Assembly: GCA_963721805.1 (NCBI GenBank)
Contig: CAVRJY010000004.1
Span: forward strand, 128,001 to 192,000
Direction of reading: 5' to 3'
Length of the DNA stretch: 64,000 nucleotides
From: Nitrospirota bacterium
GTDB lineage: Bacteria > Nitrospirota > Thermodesulfovibrionia > Thermodesulfovibrionales > JdFR-86
The position numbers were made by a program, and so were the translations under genes. Of the stretch, positions 15,165-25,191 are shown piece by piece. The notes below the pieces were generated by a model. That model saw only the letters and a program-made list of their open reading frames with translations. It did not search any database and was not told the DNA's origin. Each line of letters starts with the position of its first letter. Positions within the stretch are counted from its first letter, which is position 1.

Positions 15165-15845
15165 ATGCACATCCCTGACGGATACCTCGGGCCTCAGACC
15201 TACGTCCCGCTATGGGGCGCGACCGCGCTGGCATGGGCCGCGGCCTCGCGCAGCTTGAAACGCACGCTCTCGACCCGCAACGTGCCGTACCTCGCGATGG
15301 CATCGGCCTTCTCGTTTTTGATAATGATGTTCAACATCCCGATACCCGGCGGCACGACGGGACATGCGGTAGGTGCGGGGCTGGTGGCGATACTCCTCGG
15401 GCCATGGGCCGCGGTCGCGGCGGTATCTGTCGCGCTCGTGATACAGGCGCTCGTATTCGGCGACGGCGGCATAACCGCGCTCGGGGCCAACTGCTTTAAC
15501 ATGGCGGTCGTGATGCCGTTTATCTCTTACTGGACCTTCAGGCTGCTTCGGGGCGATGCCCTTACGGGCGCGCGCTTCAAGATCGCGGGGTTCCTCTCTG
15601 GGTACCTCGGTCTCGTCGCGGCCGCGGTATGCACCGGGGTGGAGTTCGGCATCCAGCCGCTGATCGCGCATGCGCCGGACGGGACTCCTTTATATGCGCC
15701 CTACCCGCTCTCGGTCGCGCTGCCGGCGATGGCGATAAGCCACATGGCCGTATTCGGGGTCGTGGAGGGCGTGGTCACAATGCTCGTGATCGCACAGTTC
15801 GCCGCCCATGAGCCGGGGATGCTAGGGCGCGGGGCCTCGAAATGA
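15165..15845 (+). CDS. cbiM: ECF Ni/Co transporter substrate subunit NikM/CbiM
   Basis: MHIPDGYL N-terminus, GTTGH and FGDGGITALGAN. Confidence 0.92.
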   Translation: MHIPDGYLGPQTYVPLWGATALAWAAASRSLKRTLSTRNVPYLAMASAFSFLIMMFNIPIPGGTTGHAVGAGLVAILLGPWAAVAAVSVALVIQALVFGDGGITALGANCFNMAVVMPFISYWTFRLLRGDALTGARFKIAGFLSGYLGLVAAAVCTGVEFGIQPLIAHAPDGTPLYAPYPLSVALPAMAISHMAVFGVVEGVVTMLVIAQFAAHEPGMLGRGASK

Positions 15846-16114
15846 AGAAGCGCTTCCAGCGGAATCTATGGATAGGGCTTTTGGTGCTTGCGGCCCTGAG
15901 CCCGCTTGGGATAATCATACCCCGATGGCTCGGCGCTGGCGGCGCGTGGGGCGAGTGGAGCATAGAGAAGCTATGGAGCGCCCCTATCGCAGACTACGGC
16001 CGGGGCGGGATCTTGTGGTACGCCGTCAGCGCGGCCATAGGGCTCGGGGTATGCGCGGCGATAGCCTATGCGATAGGCCGCGCGGTCAGGCGCAGGGGCG
16101 GCAATGGCCGGTAA
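15842..16114 (+). CDS. NikN-like (PDGLE) small membrane subunit
   Basis: LAALSPLG...AWGEWS...WSAPIADY with two TM segments, in the nikM-Q-O operon. Confidence 0.75.
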   Translation: MKKRFQRNLWIGLLVLAALSPLGIIIPRWLGAGGAWGEWSIEKLWSAPIADYGRGGILWYAVSAAIGLGVCAAIAYAIGRAVRRRGGNGR

Positions 16115-16982
16115 CCTCCCGGCGTTTCTGCTCGAGCGCTCAGAGGCGCGGCCTCCTTCAGAGCGGGGTCCTAGATTTCGCACCCCTGTGATAGAGCGCG
16201 GGATAAGGCAGACCGCGTCTCTTATCAGCCGGACGTTTGAGCAGTGGGACACCGCGCGGCGTGACGGCGTGCTCCAGCGTGTCGACGCGCGCGTGAAGCT
16301 CGCCGCACTTATAGCGATGCTCGTGGTCATATCGCTAAAGCGCACCTTGATGCCGCTTGCCGTGGCAGAGGCAGCGCTTCTGGCGGTAGCGGCTCTCTCG
16401 GGCATAGGGTTTATGAACTACGCCAGGCGGGTATTCCTATTCGCGTTCGTCTTTGGGTTTCTGGTAGCCGCCCCATCGGCCTTCATCACGCCCGGAGAGG
16501 GGATCGTCTCTGTGATCGGAAGTTTCGGCATAACGAGGCCGGGCGCGATGGGAGTTGCGATGCTTACGCTGCGCGTGGGCTGCTCTGTCTCGGCCGCGCT
16601 GCTGATACTCTACAGCACCCCGCTGACCGAGCTTCTTCGCAGCTTGAAACTCCTGCGAGTGCCGGATGCGGTCGTGCTGATGATCAGCCTCGCGTACAAA
16701 TACATCTTCCTGCTTAGCTACGGGGTCGAGCGGATGCACCTCGCGGTGATGGCGAGGCTCGGCATGAGGCTGCACTCAGGCGAGGCCCGCCACTGGGCCA
16801 GCGGGCGCATGGCCGCGCTGTTCATCCGCTCCAGGGAGCAGTGCGAGGAGCTCTATAAGGCGATGCTGGCGCGAGGGTTTCGGGGCGAGGTCAGGCTGCG
16901 CTCTGCCGGAAGGCTCGGTATAAGCGATCTCATTGCCGCACTCTTCGCGGCCGCGCTGATCGCGGCGGTGGCGGCGCTATGA
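16104..16982 (+). CDS. cbiQ: ECF transmembrane component CbiQ/NikQ
   Basis: LQRVDARVKL...AMLARGF motifs. Confidence 0.88.
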   Translation: MAGNLPAFLLERSEARPPSERGPRFRTPVIERGIRQTASLISRTFEQWDTARRDGVLQRVDARVKLAALIAMLVVISLKRTLMPLAVAEAALLAVAALSGIGFMNYARRVFLFAFVFGFLVAAPSAFITPGEGIVSVIGSFGITRPGAMGVAMLTLRVGCSVSAALLILYSTPLTELLRSLKLLRVPDAVVLMISLAYKYIFLLSYGVERMHLAVMARLGMRLHSGEARHWASGRMAALFIRSREQCEELYKAMLARGFRGEVRLRSAGRLGISDLIAALFAAALIAAVAAL

Positions 16983-17791
16983 GCGACTGCTTCGCACTCA
17001 AGGACGTGACCTACGGCTACCGCGCGGGCATACAGGCGCTCGACGGCGTTACCCTGAACATACCCGAAGGCAGCCGGTTTGCGGTGATCGGATCGAACGG
17101 ATCGGGGAAGTCCACGCTCTTTCAGGTCCTGGCCGGGTTGATCGAGCCGACCTCCGGCACGGTCGTATTCCGTGACAGGCCTCTTAATGCCGACGCGCTT
17201 GGACGCGCGGAGTTCGTGCGGTATTTCCGCGGCTCGGTGGGGTACGTGTTTCAGGACCCGGACGTGCAGCTCTTCTGCCCGACCGTGATGGACGAACTCA
17301 CGTACGGCCCCCTGCACCTCGGACTCACGGACGACGAGGCGGTCGGCCGCAGCCGCGAGGTGATGCGGTATTTGGAGATAGAATCGCTCGCGGACCGGCC
17401 CTCATACATGCTCTCGGGCGGTGAGAAAAAGCGCGTGGCCATAGGCTCGGTCCTCACGATGAACCCCAATGTGCTGCTGCTCGACGAGCCGACTAATGGA
17501 TTGGACCCGCGCACGCAGAGCTTCGTCGTGGAACTCATGATTGGCCTCTCTGAGGCCGGAAAGACTGTCATCATCGCAACACACGACCTATCGCTGGTAT
17601 ACGAACTCAAGGCGCAGGTCGCTGTCATGGGCGAGGACCACCGCATAGCGGCAACCGGCCCGGCATCGCAGATACTGGCGGACGAGGACCTGCTGCTTCG
17701 TGCCAACCTGATCCACGAGCACCGGCATATACACGAGGGCAGCCCGGAACACGCTCATAGACACTCGCATTTCTTTTTCCATAGGCATTAG
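16979..17791 (+). CDS. cbiO: ECF ATPase CbiO/NikO with His-rich tail
   Basis: GSNGSGKST, LSGGEKKR and LLLDEP motifs. C-terminal HEHRHIH...HAHRHSH. Confidence 0.92.
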   Translation: MSDCFALKDVTYGYRAGIQALDGVTLNIPEGSRFAVIGSNGSGKSTLFQVLAGLIEPTSGTVVFRDRPLNADALGRAEFVRYFRGSVGYVFQDPDVQLFCPTVMDELTYGPLHLGLTDDEAVGRSREVMRYLEIESLADRPSYMLSGGEKKRVAIGSVLTMNPNVLLLDEPTNGLDPRTQSFVVELMIGLSEAGKTVIIATHDLSLVYELKAQVAVMGEDHRIAATGPASQILADEDLLLRANLIHEHRHIHEGSPEHAHRHSHFFFHRH

Positions 17792-17793
17792 GG

Positions 17794-17967
17794 AAAGCGC
17801 GCCAAATCGCTTGATACGTTGTCACCATTTGAAAATCGCCCTCCAGAGTACATCTCGGTACACTTGCGGGCTATTTTCAAATGCTTCCTAGTCTAAAGAC
17901 GATTTGGGCGCGCTTTCGGGGGGCACGGAAAAAGGTCGCCCCCCGCGCCCCCAAGGTCAAAGGCATT
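17794..17967 (-). repeat. Palindromic element copy 4
   Basis: Same arms and head as the other copies. Its long hairpin is the near-exact reverse complement of the one in copy 5. Confidence 0.92.
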
Positions 17968-18014
17968 AATGGATAACTTCCGCACGCGCGTTTTGTTTGA
18001 TATAGAATATAAAC

Positions 18015-18371
18015 ATGGAGCTGTTATATGACTTTGCGCGCGTGACCAGCCGCCAGCCGTTCATGGTCCCGGCGGTGCTCTTCCTCATCCTCTCCGTGCC
18101 GATAGCCTTTGGATGGGTGCCCCGCAACCGGTGGTATGGGATGAGGACGCGCCGGACGCTTGCTAACGATCTCGTTTGGTACGCCTCGAACCGCTTCTGC
18201 GGAATTGCGCTGATCGCGTCGAGCGTCGTTTACCTGTCTGTAGCCGCGATAGTGCCTTACCGCTCGCCAGCCGATGACTTCGATATATGGCTTATCCACG
18301 CGGCCACATTCGTGCTCACGAACGCAGCGAGCTTAATAGCCACTATCGTCTATTCGAGGAGGATAAAATGA
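18015..18371 (+). CDS. SdpI/YhfL-family immunity membrane protein
   Basis: VPRNRWYGMRTRRTLANDLVWYASNRFCG, the SdpI signature (N.xYGxRT...W...NR..G). Confidence 0.85.
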   Translation: MELLYDFARVTSRQPFMVPAVLFLILSVPIAFGWVPRNRWYGMRTRRTLANDLVWYASNRFCGIALIASSVVYLSVAAIVPYRSPADDFDIWLIHAATFVLTNAASLIATIVYSRRIK

Positions 18372-18420
18372 TGTCCTTTACCTTGGCGTCCTACTGAAGC
18401 GGTCCCCTTTTATAACAATA

Positions 18421-19016
18421 GTGAAGCTCCCCGTGGCAAGCCACGGGGCATCCGTGGCGCAGCTATAAGTCCAGCTGCGCAGGCAATTGCTTCTCTGCTC
18501 TGTGGCCGCGTATGTATTTGCGGATCATTTCCGAGGTCAAGCTGTCCCCGACTGTCCGCGCAAAGTACCCATCCTCCCACAGCTCACCCTTCCATAGTCT
18601 TTGCCTCAGCGATGGGTATTGCTTGAACAGCTCACGGGCGCTGATACTTTTCAGGGTTCTGACCACCACCCCTATCGAGTACCGTGGCGGGAACGATAGA
18701 AATATATGCACATGGTCCTCCGCCACTTCCATCTCCACTATCTCATATTCATACTCTTCAGCTATCTCCCTGAAAAGTTCCGCGCACCGCTCGCGCATGT
18801 AACTTTGCGCGAACAGTCTCTTGCGATACTTAGGACACCATACCAGATGGTACCCGGTGTCATATACAGCGTGACTCGTCCTGCGTAACCCCATGCCTCA
18901 TGATAGCCCGCAATTGCCTCGGCGGGAAAGGGGGACTTCCAGCCCCCCTTACATCCCCCCGGCAGGGATGCCATTCATCCCCGTGGCAAGCCACGGGGCA
19001 TACTGGCATGGTTTTC
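18421..19016 (-). mobile_element. IS200/IS605-family IS, copy 2
   Basis: Same 596-bp sequence and same terminal hairpins as 10456..11051. Confidence 0.93.
18463..18894 (-). CDS. tnpA: IS200 transposase TnpA
   Basis: Protein identical to 10498..10929. Confidence 0.95.
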   Translation of the reverse strand: MGLRRTSHAVYDTGYHLVWCPKYRKRLFAQSYMRERCAELFREIAEEYEYEIVEMEVAEDHVHIFLSFPPRYSIGVVVRTLKSISARELFKQYPSLRQRLWKGELWEDGYFARTVGDSLTSEMIRKYIRGHRAEKQLPAQLDL

Positions 19017-19528
19017 GTTAGTTGAAAACGCACGGGCATCAATTTTTACTATTAACTTCGGTTTATATATAAACCAAAGTATCGCATTGTTTGTTGTATA
19101 GTGGTGCTATGAGCAAGATAATCGCATATCCAATGGGCGGGGCAACGAATGAAGCGGGCATCGACGCGTTTTCGGAGGCAGGGTCGAAAACCGCGCGAAT
19201 TATTCGAACATCCGAACAGCGCCGGACTCGGAAAAACGATGTTTTCCAGGGGCTTATCCGCGTATTTGCCTCAAACATCCGAACACATAAAATAAAACGC
19301 GCGCGCGCGGTATGCATATATATGCCTATGATCGGGCCTCAAACCATGCCTTTGACCTTGTGGGGCGCGGGGGGCGGGGCCGACTGGCCCCCTTCTTTCC
19401 CCCCGAAAGCGCGCCCAAATCGTCTTCAGACTAGGAAGCATTTGAAAATAGCCCGCAAGTGTACTGAGATGTACTCTGGAGGGCGATTTTCAAATGGTGA
19501 CGACGTATCAAGCGATTTGGTGCGCTTT
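19017..19528 (+). repeat. Palindromic element copy 5 (core 19346..19528) with long 5' extension
   Basis: The extension (GGTTTATATATAAACC palindrome, two AACATCCGAACA, CGCGCGCG) is shared with 40476..40825 and 61539..61942. Confidence 0.9.
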
Positions 19529-19542
19529 CAAAGAGGCTGCAT

Positions 19543-20007
19543 ATGAGATTTCTTGCGGACGCCATGTTGGGCCGCCTAGCCCGCCGCATGCGCCTGATGG
19601 GGCTGGATACGGTCTATATGCGCGACACTTCGGACGCCGAGGTGCTCAAAGTGGCCCGCGCCGAGGGCCGCATGCTCCTTACGCGCGACGCCGAACTCGC
19701 GGCCCGCCCGAACCCGGCCGGGACCCTGCACCTGCGTGCCAACGACACCGACGGCCAGCTTGCCGAGTTTATGGGGAGGTTCGGTCTTTTATTAGAGGGG
19801 ACCGTGTCCCCGCCCAGATGCCCGCGCTGCAACGGAGAGCTGCGCTTGACGGCCTCGCGGGCCGAGGTCGAGGGCCGCGTGCCGGAGCACGTACTGCACA
19901 GCTACGGGCGGTTTTTTATTTGCTCTGGATGTGGTAATGTCTACTGGGAGGGCACACAGCACGAGGCGATGAGGGAAATGCTCGAAAAATTCCGGGGCCG
20001 CGGATGA
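19543..20007 (+). CDS. Mut7-C RNase (PIN-like) domain protein
   Basis: RFLADAMLGRLARRMRLMGLDT...LLTRD...RCPRCN...CSGCGNVYWEG. Confidence 0.9.
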   Translation: MRFLADAMLGRLARRMRLMGLDTVYMRDTSDAEVLKVARAEGRMLLTRDAELAARPNPAGTLHLRANDTDGQLAEFMGRFGLLLEGTVSPPRCPRCNGELRLTASRAEVEGRVPEHVLHSYGRFFICSGCGNVYWEGTQHEAMREMLEKFRGRG

Positions 20008-21050
20008 GGGCGCCCGGCGAGGGCCGCGACCCCTTCCGCAAGCACAAGCGCACGATGCTCTACTCGGCGCTGCTCATAGGCTCGGTGCTCGCCGTGGGCA
20101 CGGCCGGCTACACGCTCATCGAGGGCTGGAACTGGTTCGACTCGCTCTACATGACCGTTATCACGATGACCACGATCGGCTATCAGGAGGTGCACAACCT
20201 CTCGACGGCCGGGCGGGTATTCACCGTGCTTTTCATATTCCTCAGCGTCGGGGCGGTGCTCTATACGTTTAACAACGCCGCGCGCCTGATAGTCGAGGGC
20301 GAACTCAATGACATCTTCGGGAGGCGCAAATTGCAATCGAGGATACAGAAGCTAAGCGGGCATTACATCATATGCGGCTACGGCCGCATGGGCCGGATCA
20401 TCTGCAAGGAACTCCTCACCGAGGGCTCGAAGTTCGTGGTGATCGAAAAGACGCCGTCGCCGGAATTCAGCGAGATCACGGAGTTTCCGGTTATGGTCGG
20501 CGACGCCACGATAGACGAGACGCTGAAGCTGGCCGGTATCGACCGCGCCGCCGGGCTAATCTCGGTCCTGCCCTCGGACGCCGAGAACCTGTTCGTCGTG
20601 CTGAGCGCGCGCGGGCTCAACCCGGGCCTCTTCATCGTCGCGCGCGCGGTGCTCGAAGACAGCGAAAAGAAGCTCATGCGAGCAGGCGCCAGCCGCGTCG
20701 TATCGCCCTACCACATCGGGGGGCTGCGCATCGCGCACACGATCATCAAGCCCGCTGTCGTGGACTTCATCGAGTTTACGACGAACTCCGGCAACATCGA
20801 CCTGCAGATGGAGGAGATCAAGGTCTCGGCCGGCTCGCAGCTCGTCTCGCGCACGATCAGCGAAAGCGGCATCGGCCGCGACCTCGGCGTCATCGTCGTC
20901 TCGATCAAGAACAACGACGGCCGGATGCAGCTGAGCCCCAACAACAGCACCGTGATCAACGAGGGCGATACGCTGATCGTGCTCGGCGAGCAGTCGAAGG
21001 TCACGACTCTTGAGAAGATGGCCAAGGGGGCGACTGCCCCCCTCCTGTAA
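20004..21050 (+). CDS. Potassium channel with TrkA-N/TrkA-C (RCK) domains
   Basis: TMTTIGY filter, GYGRMG Rossmann motif and C-terminal TrkA-C. Confidence 0.9.
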   Translation: MRAPGEGRDPFRKHKRTMLYSALLIGSVLAVGTAGYTLIEGWNWFDSLYMTVITMTTIGYQEVHNLSTAGRVFTVLFIFLSVGAVLYTFNNAARLIVEGELNDIFGRRKLQSRIQKLSGHYIICGYGRMGRIICKELLTEGSKFVVIEKTPSPEFSEITEFPVMVGDATIDETLKLAGIDRAAGLISVLPSDAENLFVVLSARGLNPGLFIVARAVLEDSEKKLMRAGASRVVSPYHIGGLRIAHTIIKPAVVDFIEFTTNSGNIDLQMEEIKVSAGSQLVSRTISESGIGRDLGVIVVSIKNNDGRMQLSPNNSTVINEGDTLIVLGEQSKVTTLEKMAKGATAPLL

Positions 21051-21116
21051 AGACCCGGGCGGGCCGTTCCTGTAGGCGGGATGAATCCGTGGCCTCATAA
21101 GGCGTAAAATATATAA

Positions 21117-22370
21117 ATGCCCAATATTAAGATAATCGGCATCGACATACCTCTAAACCTCTTCGGCCGCGAGGCCATCCGCGCACTCTCCCGCAACAAG
21201 ATGCGAAGCGCGCTCTCGGCCATCGGGATCGCGGTAGGGATCGCGGCCGTCGTCTGCGTGGTGGCGATCGGCAACGCCGGATCGAGGCGCGCCGAGCAGC
21301 AGCTGCAGGACCTCGGGGACAACCTCGTATGGATCGAGGCCGGCTCGCGCAACGTCAACGGCGTGCGCTCCGGCAGCCACGGGATGAACTCCCTTACGAT
21401 GGGGGACGCCGAGGCGATCCGCAACGAGGTGCCGCTGATCAAGAGCGTCTCCCCGAACGTGGACGGCCACGTGCTTATCGCGTTTGGGAACCGCAACTGG
21501 ACGACGCACTACCGCGGCGTCACCCCCGAGTACTTCGATATCAAGCGCTGGGACATGGCCGAGGGGGACGTCTTCGCGGACGACGACGTGGCGCATGCCG
21601 CCAACGTCGTCGTGCTCGGCCAGACCGTGCGGCAGCAGGTGTTCGGGGCCGGGCCCGCGGTCGGTCAGGACGCCCGGATCAACAGCCAGCTCTTCCGGGT
21701 GATAGGCGTGCTCGCGCCGAAGGGCCAGACCACGACCGGCTATGACCAGGACGACACCGTAGTGATGCCCTACACCACCGTGCTTAAGAAGATCCGGGGG
21801 CAGGGTTTCATATGGCTCGACGACATCCTGACCTCGGCCGTCTCGCTCGATGCCGCCGAGCCCGCGATAGCGCAGATCAACGCGCTGCTCAGGGACCGGC
21901 ACCACATCCGCCCCGGTGAGGCGGACGACTTCAACATCCGCCACCCGGAGGACGTGATCAAGGCCCAGATCGCGGCGAACCGGACGCTCGCCATCCTGCT
22001 TATAAGCGTGGCCTCGATATCGCTGCTGATCGGCGGCATCGGGATCATGAACGTGATGCTCGTCTCGGTGACGCAGCGGACGAAGGAGATCGGCCTGCGC
22101 CTCGCCGTAGGGGCCACGGCGTGGGCCATACAGGTCCAGTTCCTCGGCGAGGCCGTGATCCTGAGCCTCTTTGGCGGGCTGGCCGGGGTATTCATCGGCG
22201 TGGCGGGCTCTTTCATCATCGGCTCCGTGCTCGGATGGCCGGTTTCGATCCCCCCCGAGGCCCTGGTCCTCGCCCCGGTATTCGCCATAGGGGTCGGGAT
22301 CTTCTTCGGCTTCTATCCGGCATGGCGGGCCACCCAGCTAAACCCGATCACCGCGCTGCGCAACGAGTAG
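21117..22370 (+). CDS. MacB-like ABC transporter permease
   Basis: GGIGIMNVMLVSVTQRTKEIGLRLAVGA and FGFYPAWRA..LNPI.ALR.E motifs. No ATPase gene adjacent. Confidence 0.9.
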   Translation: MPNIKIIGIDIPLNLFGREAIRALSRNKMRSALSAIGIAVGIAAVVCVVAIGNAGSRRAEQQLQDLGDNLVWIEAGSRNVNGVRSGSHGMNSLTMGDAEAIRNEVPLIKSVSPNVDGHVLIAFGNRNWTTHYRGVTPEYFDIKRWDMAEGDVFADDDVAHAANVVVLGQTVRQQVFGAGPAVGQDARINSQLFRVIGVLAPKGQTTTGYDQDDTVVMPYTTVLKKIRGQGFIWLDDILTSAVSLDAAEPAIAQINALLRDRHHIRPGEADDFNIRHPEDVIKAQIAANRTLAILLISVASISLLIGGIGIMNVMLVSVTQRTKEIGLRLAVGATAWAIQVQFLGEAVILSLFGGLAGVFIGVAGSFIIGSVLGWPVSIPPEALVLAPVFAIGVGIFFGFYPAWRATQLNPITALRNE

Positions 22371-22439
22371 GGGGCCGCGCCTTCTATGTGCTAAGATAGT
22401 ATCCAGCGCATCTCGGGCGCCCTGGGGGGTGTATAGAGC

Positions 22440-24929
22440 ATGGCTGACAAACCGGCTGAAGAGCAGCTTCCCGTCTCACCGACGCCCTACCCTGACGCCG
22501 GCTCCTGCGGGCCGGAGATGGGCAAGCTCTACCGCCTCATCGTCTCGATGCTCTGCAACGACTACCGCCCGCCGCGCAAGGACACGTTCTATAACGGCCT
22601 CGCATACTACGTCCGCGAGCGGCTCATCGACAGATGGATAGCGGCCCAGCGCCTCTCGTACGCGCGAGAGGCCAAGCGCGTCTACTACCTCTCGATGGAG
22701 TTCCTGCCGGGGCCGTTCCTGAAGAGCTACATCACGAACCTCGATATGGCGGATGAGTGCAAGCGCGCGCTGGACTGCTCCGGGTTCACGGTCGACGGCC
22801 TGGCGCCAGAGGAGGCCGAGCCCGGCCTCGGCAACGGCGGCCTGGGGCGGCTCGCGTCGTGCTACATGGACTCGATGGCCACGCTCGGCATATCCGGCTA
22901 CGGCTACGGCATCCGCTACGAGTACGGGATATTCAACCAGCGCATCTCAAACGGCTGGCAGGTCGAGGAGTCCGACAACTGGCTCCAGAAGACCAACCCC
23001 TGGGAGATCGGCCGGCGCGGGTTTCCCTTCGCGCTCAAGTTCTATGGCCGCTCCGAGGCCTACACCGACGAGCAGGGCAACAGGCGCTACCGCTGGGTCG
23101 ACACCGAGACCGTAAACGCGGTGGCCAACGACATCCTGATCCCCGGCTACGGCAACGAGACCGTAAACAACATGCGGCTGTGGTCCGCCGTGTCGAGCAA
23201 GGAATTCAACCTGCAGTTTTTCAACCGCGGCGACTACATCCGCGCGATGGAGGCCAAGGTCCTTACCGAGAACATCTCGAAGGTCCTCTACCCCAGCGAC
23301 GAGCCGGAGCAAGGCAAGACGCTGCGCCTCAGGCAGCAGTACTTCCTCGTGGCCGCGACGTTCCAGGACATCATGCGGCGGTTCCGCAAGCTCCCGATGT
23401 ACATCCGCGACCTGCCGCGCTACGTCGCGGTGCAGCTCAACGACACGCACCCGGCCATCAGCATCCCGGAGCTCATGCGCATCCTCCTGGACGAGGAGGG
23501 CATGGGCTGGGACGAGGCCTGGCAGGTATGCGTCGAGACCTTCGCGTACACCAACCACACCGTCATGCCCGAGGCGCTTGAGCGCTGGCCGGTGAGGCTG
23601 TTCATCAAGCTCTTCCCGCGCCACCTGGAGATCATATACGAGATCAACCGGCGGTTCCTCGAAGAGGTCGCGGCCAAGTATCCGGGTGACGCCGACCGCC
23701 TCCGCCGCATGTCGATCATCGAGGAGGGCGCTGAGAAAAAGGTCCGCATGGCGCACTTAGCTATTGTCGGCAGCCACCGCGTAAACGGCGTGGCCGCGCT
23801 CCATACCCATATCCTCAAGACGCGCCTGTTTAAGGACTTCGACGAGTTCTTCCCCGGCCGCATCATCAACGTCACGAACGGCATCACCCCGCGCCGCTGG
23901 CTCATGCAGGCCAACCCACCGCTTGCGGCGCTCATCACCAGCACTATCGGGCCGGGCTGGACCACGAACCTCTACGACCTGCGCTGGCTCGAGCCGCACG
24001 CCGAGAACCAGGCATTCCGCGCGTCGTGGCGCAAGGTCAAGCGCGAGAACAAGAAGCGCCTCGCCGAGTACATCCTTCAAGTGACCGGCATAACCGTGGA
24101 CGCCGACTCGATGTTCGACATCCAGACGAAGCGCATCCACGAGTACAAGCGCCAGCTTTTAAACGTCCTGCACGTCATCACGCTCTATAACCGCATGCGC
24201 AAGGAGCCGCGCGCCAAGTACGTCCCGCGCACCGTTATCATCGCCGGGAAGGCCGCGCCCGGCTACTACATGGCCAAGCTCCTGATCAAGCTCGTCAACT
24301 CGGTGGCCGACGTAGTAAACAACGACCCCGCGATCAAGGGCCGCTTAAAACTCGTCTTCCTGCCCAACTACAACGTCTCGCAGGCCGAGAAGGTCGTCGC
24401 CGCCGCGGACGTCTCGGAGCAGATATCGACCGCGGGCATGGAGGCCTCCGGCACCGGGAATATGAAGTTCTCCCTAAACGGCGCTGCCATCGTGGGGACG
24501 CTCGACGGCGCTAACGTCGAGATCCGAGACGAGGTCGGCGAGCGCAATATCTTTATCTTCGGGCTCACCGAGGACGAGGTACAGGGCCTGCGCACCTCGG
24601 GCTACAACCCCTGGCACTTCTACCACTCGGACCCCGAACTGCGCGAGGCCGTGGACATGATCACCTCGGGCCGCTTCAGCCCGGAGGAGCGCGACCTGTT
24701 TAGGCCGATCACGCAGTCGATCCTCGATCAGGGCGACTACTACATGGTGCTCTCTGACTACCGCGCGTTCATCAACGTGCAGGACGAGGTCGACCGCGCG
24801 TACCGCGACATCGAGGGCTGGACACGCCGGTCCATACTCAACACCGCACGGATGGGCAAGTTTTCGAGCGACAGGGCGGTCAAGGAATATGCAGAAAAGA
24901 TATGGGGACTGGGACAGGTCGGAATATAA
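22440..24929 (+). CDS. glgP: Glycogen/starch phosphorylase
   Basis: GLGNGGLGRLA, QLNDTHP, KRIHEYKRQ and EASGTGNMK (PLP lysine). Confidence 0.97.
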   Translation: MADKPAEEQLPVSPTPYPDAGSCGPEMGKLYRLIVSMLCNDYRPPRKDTFYNGLAYYVRERLIDRWIAAQRLSYAREAKRVYYLSMEFLPGPFLKSYITNLDMADECKRALDCSGFTVDGLAPEEAEPGLGNGGLGRLASCYMDSMATLGISGYGYGIRYEYGIFNQRISNGWQVEESDNWLQKTNPWEIGRRGFPFALKFYGRSEAYTDEQGNRRYRWVDTETVNAVANDILIPGYGNETVNNMRLWSAVSSKEFNLQFFNRGDYIRAMEAKVLTENISKVLYPSDEPEQGKTLRLRQQYFLVAATFQDIMRRFRKLPMYIRDLPRYVAVQLNDTHPAISIPELMRILLDEEGMGWDEAWQVCVETFAYTNHTVMPEALERWPVRLFIKLFPRHLEIIYEINRRFLEEVAAKYPGDADRLRRMSIIEEGAEKKVRMAHLAIVGSHRVNGVAALHTHILKTRLFKDFDEFFPGRIINVTNGITPRRWLMQANPPLAALITSTIGPGWTTNLYDLRWLEPHAENQAFRASWRKVKRENKKRLAEYILQVTGITVDADSMFDIQTKRIHEYKRQLLNVLHVITLYNRMRKEPRAKYVPRTVIIAGKAAPGYYMAKLLIKLVNSVADVVNNDPAIKGRLKLVFLPNYNVSQAEKVVAAADVSEQISTAGMEASGTGNMKFSLNGAAIVGTLDGANVEIRDEVGERNIFIFGLTEDEVQGLRTSGYNPWHFYHSDPELREAVDMITSGRFSPEERDLFRPITQSILDQGDYYMVLSDYRAFINVQDEVDRAYRDIEGWTRRSILNTARMGKFSSDRAVKEYAEKIWGLGQVGI

Positions 24930-24944
24930 TCTCCTGTTCTTCTT

Positions 24945-25130
24945 AAAGCGCTCCAAATCGCTTGATACGTCGTCACCGTCCGAAAAACGATCCTCGAAGT
25001 ATGTCCATATACTACTGCGGTCGTTTTTCGTCCGGTTCCTAGTCTGAAGACGATTTGGCGCGCTTTCGGGGGTGTGGAAAAAGGGGGGGCCAGTCGGCCC
25101 GCCCCCCGGGCCCCCGTGGTCAAAGGCATT
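24945..25130 (-). repeat. Palindromic element copy 6 (unpaired, between convergent genes)
   Basis: Same arms and head. Its inner stem belongs to the copy-3 subfamily. Confidence 0.9.
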
Positions 25131-25134
25131 ATTT

Positions 25135-25160
25135 AAAAAAGGGGCCTTTCGGCCCCTTTT
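25135..25160. terminator. Bidirectional intrinsic terminator
   Basis: AAAAAAGGGGCC-TTTC-GGCCCCTTTT between convergent glgP and the cytochrome gene. Confidence 0.75.
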
Positions 25161-25191
25161 CATATTAGATTAACGGTGCCCGCCTCATCAT

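Noticed and set aside
19200..19290. GAACATCCGAAC repeats or the GGTT...AACC palindrome as LexA boxes
   Set aside because: Spacing and orientation fit neither GAAC-N4-GTTC nor GAAC-N7-GAAC, nor the Geobacter box as I recall it.
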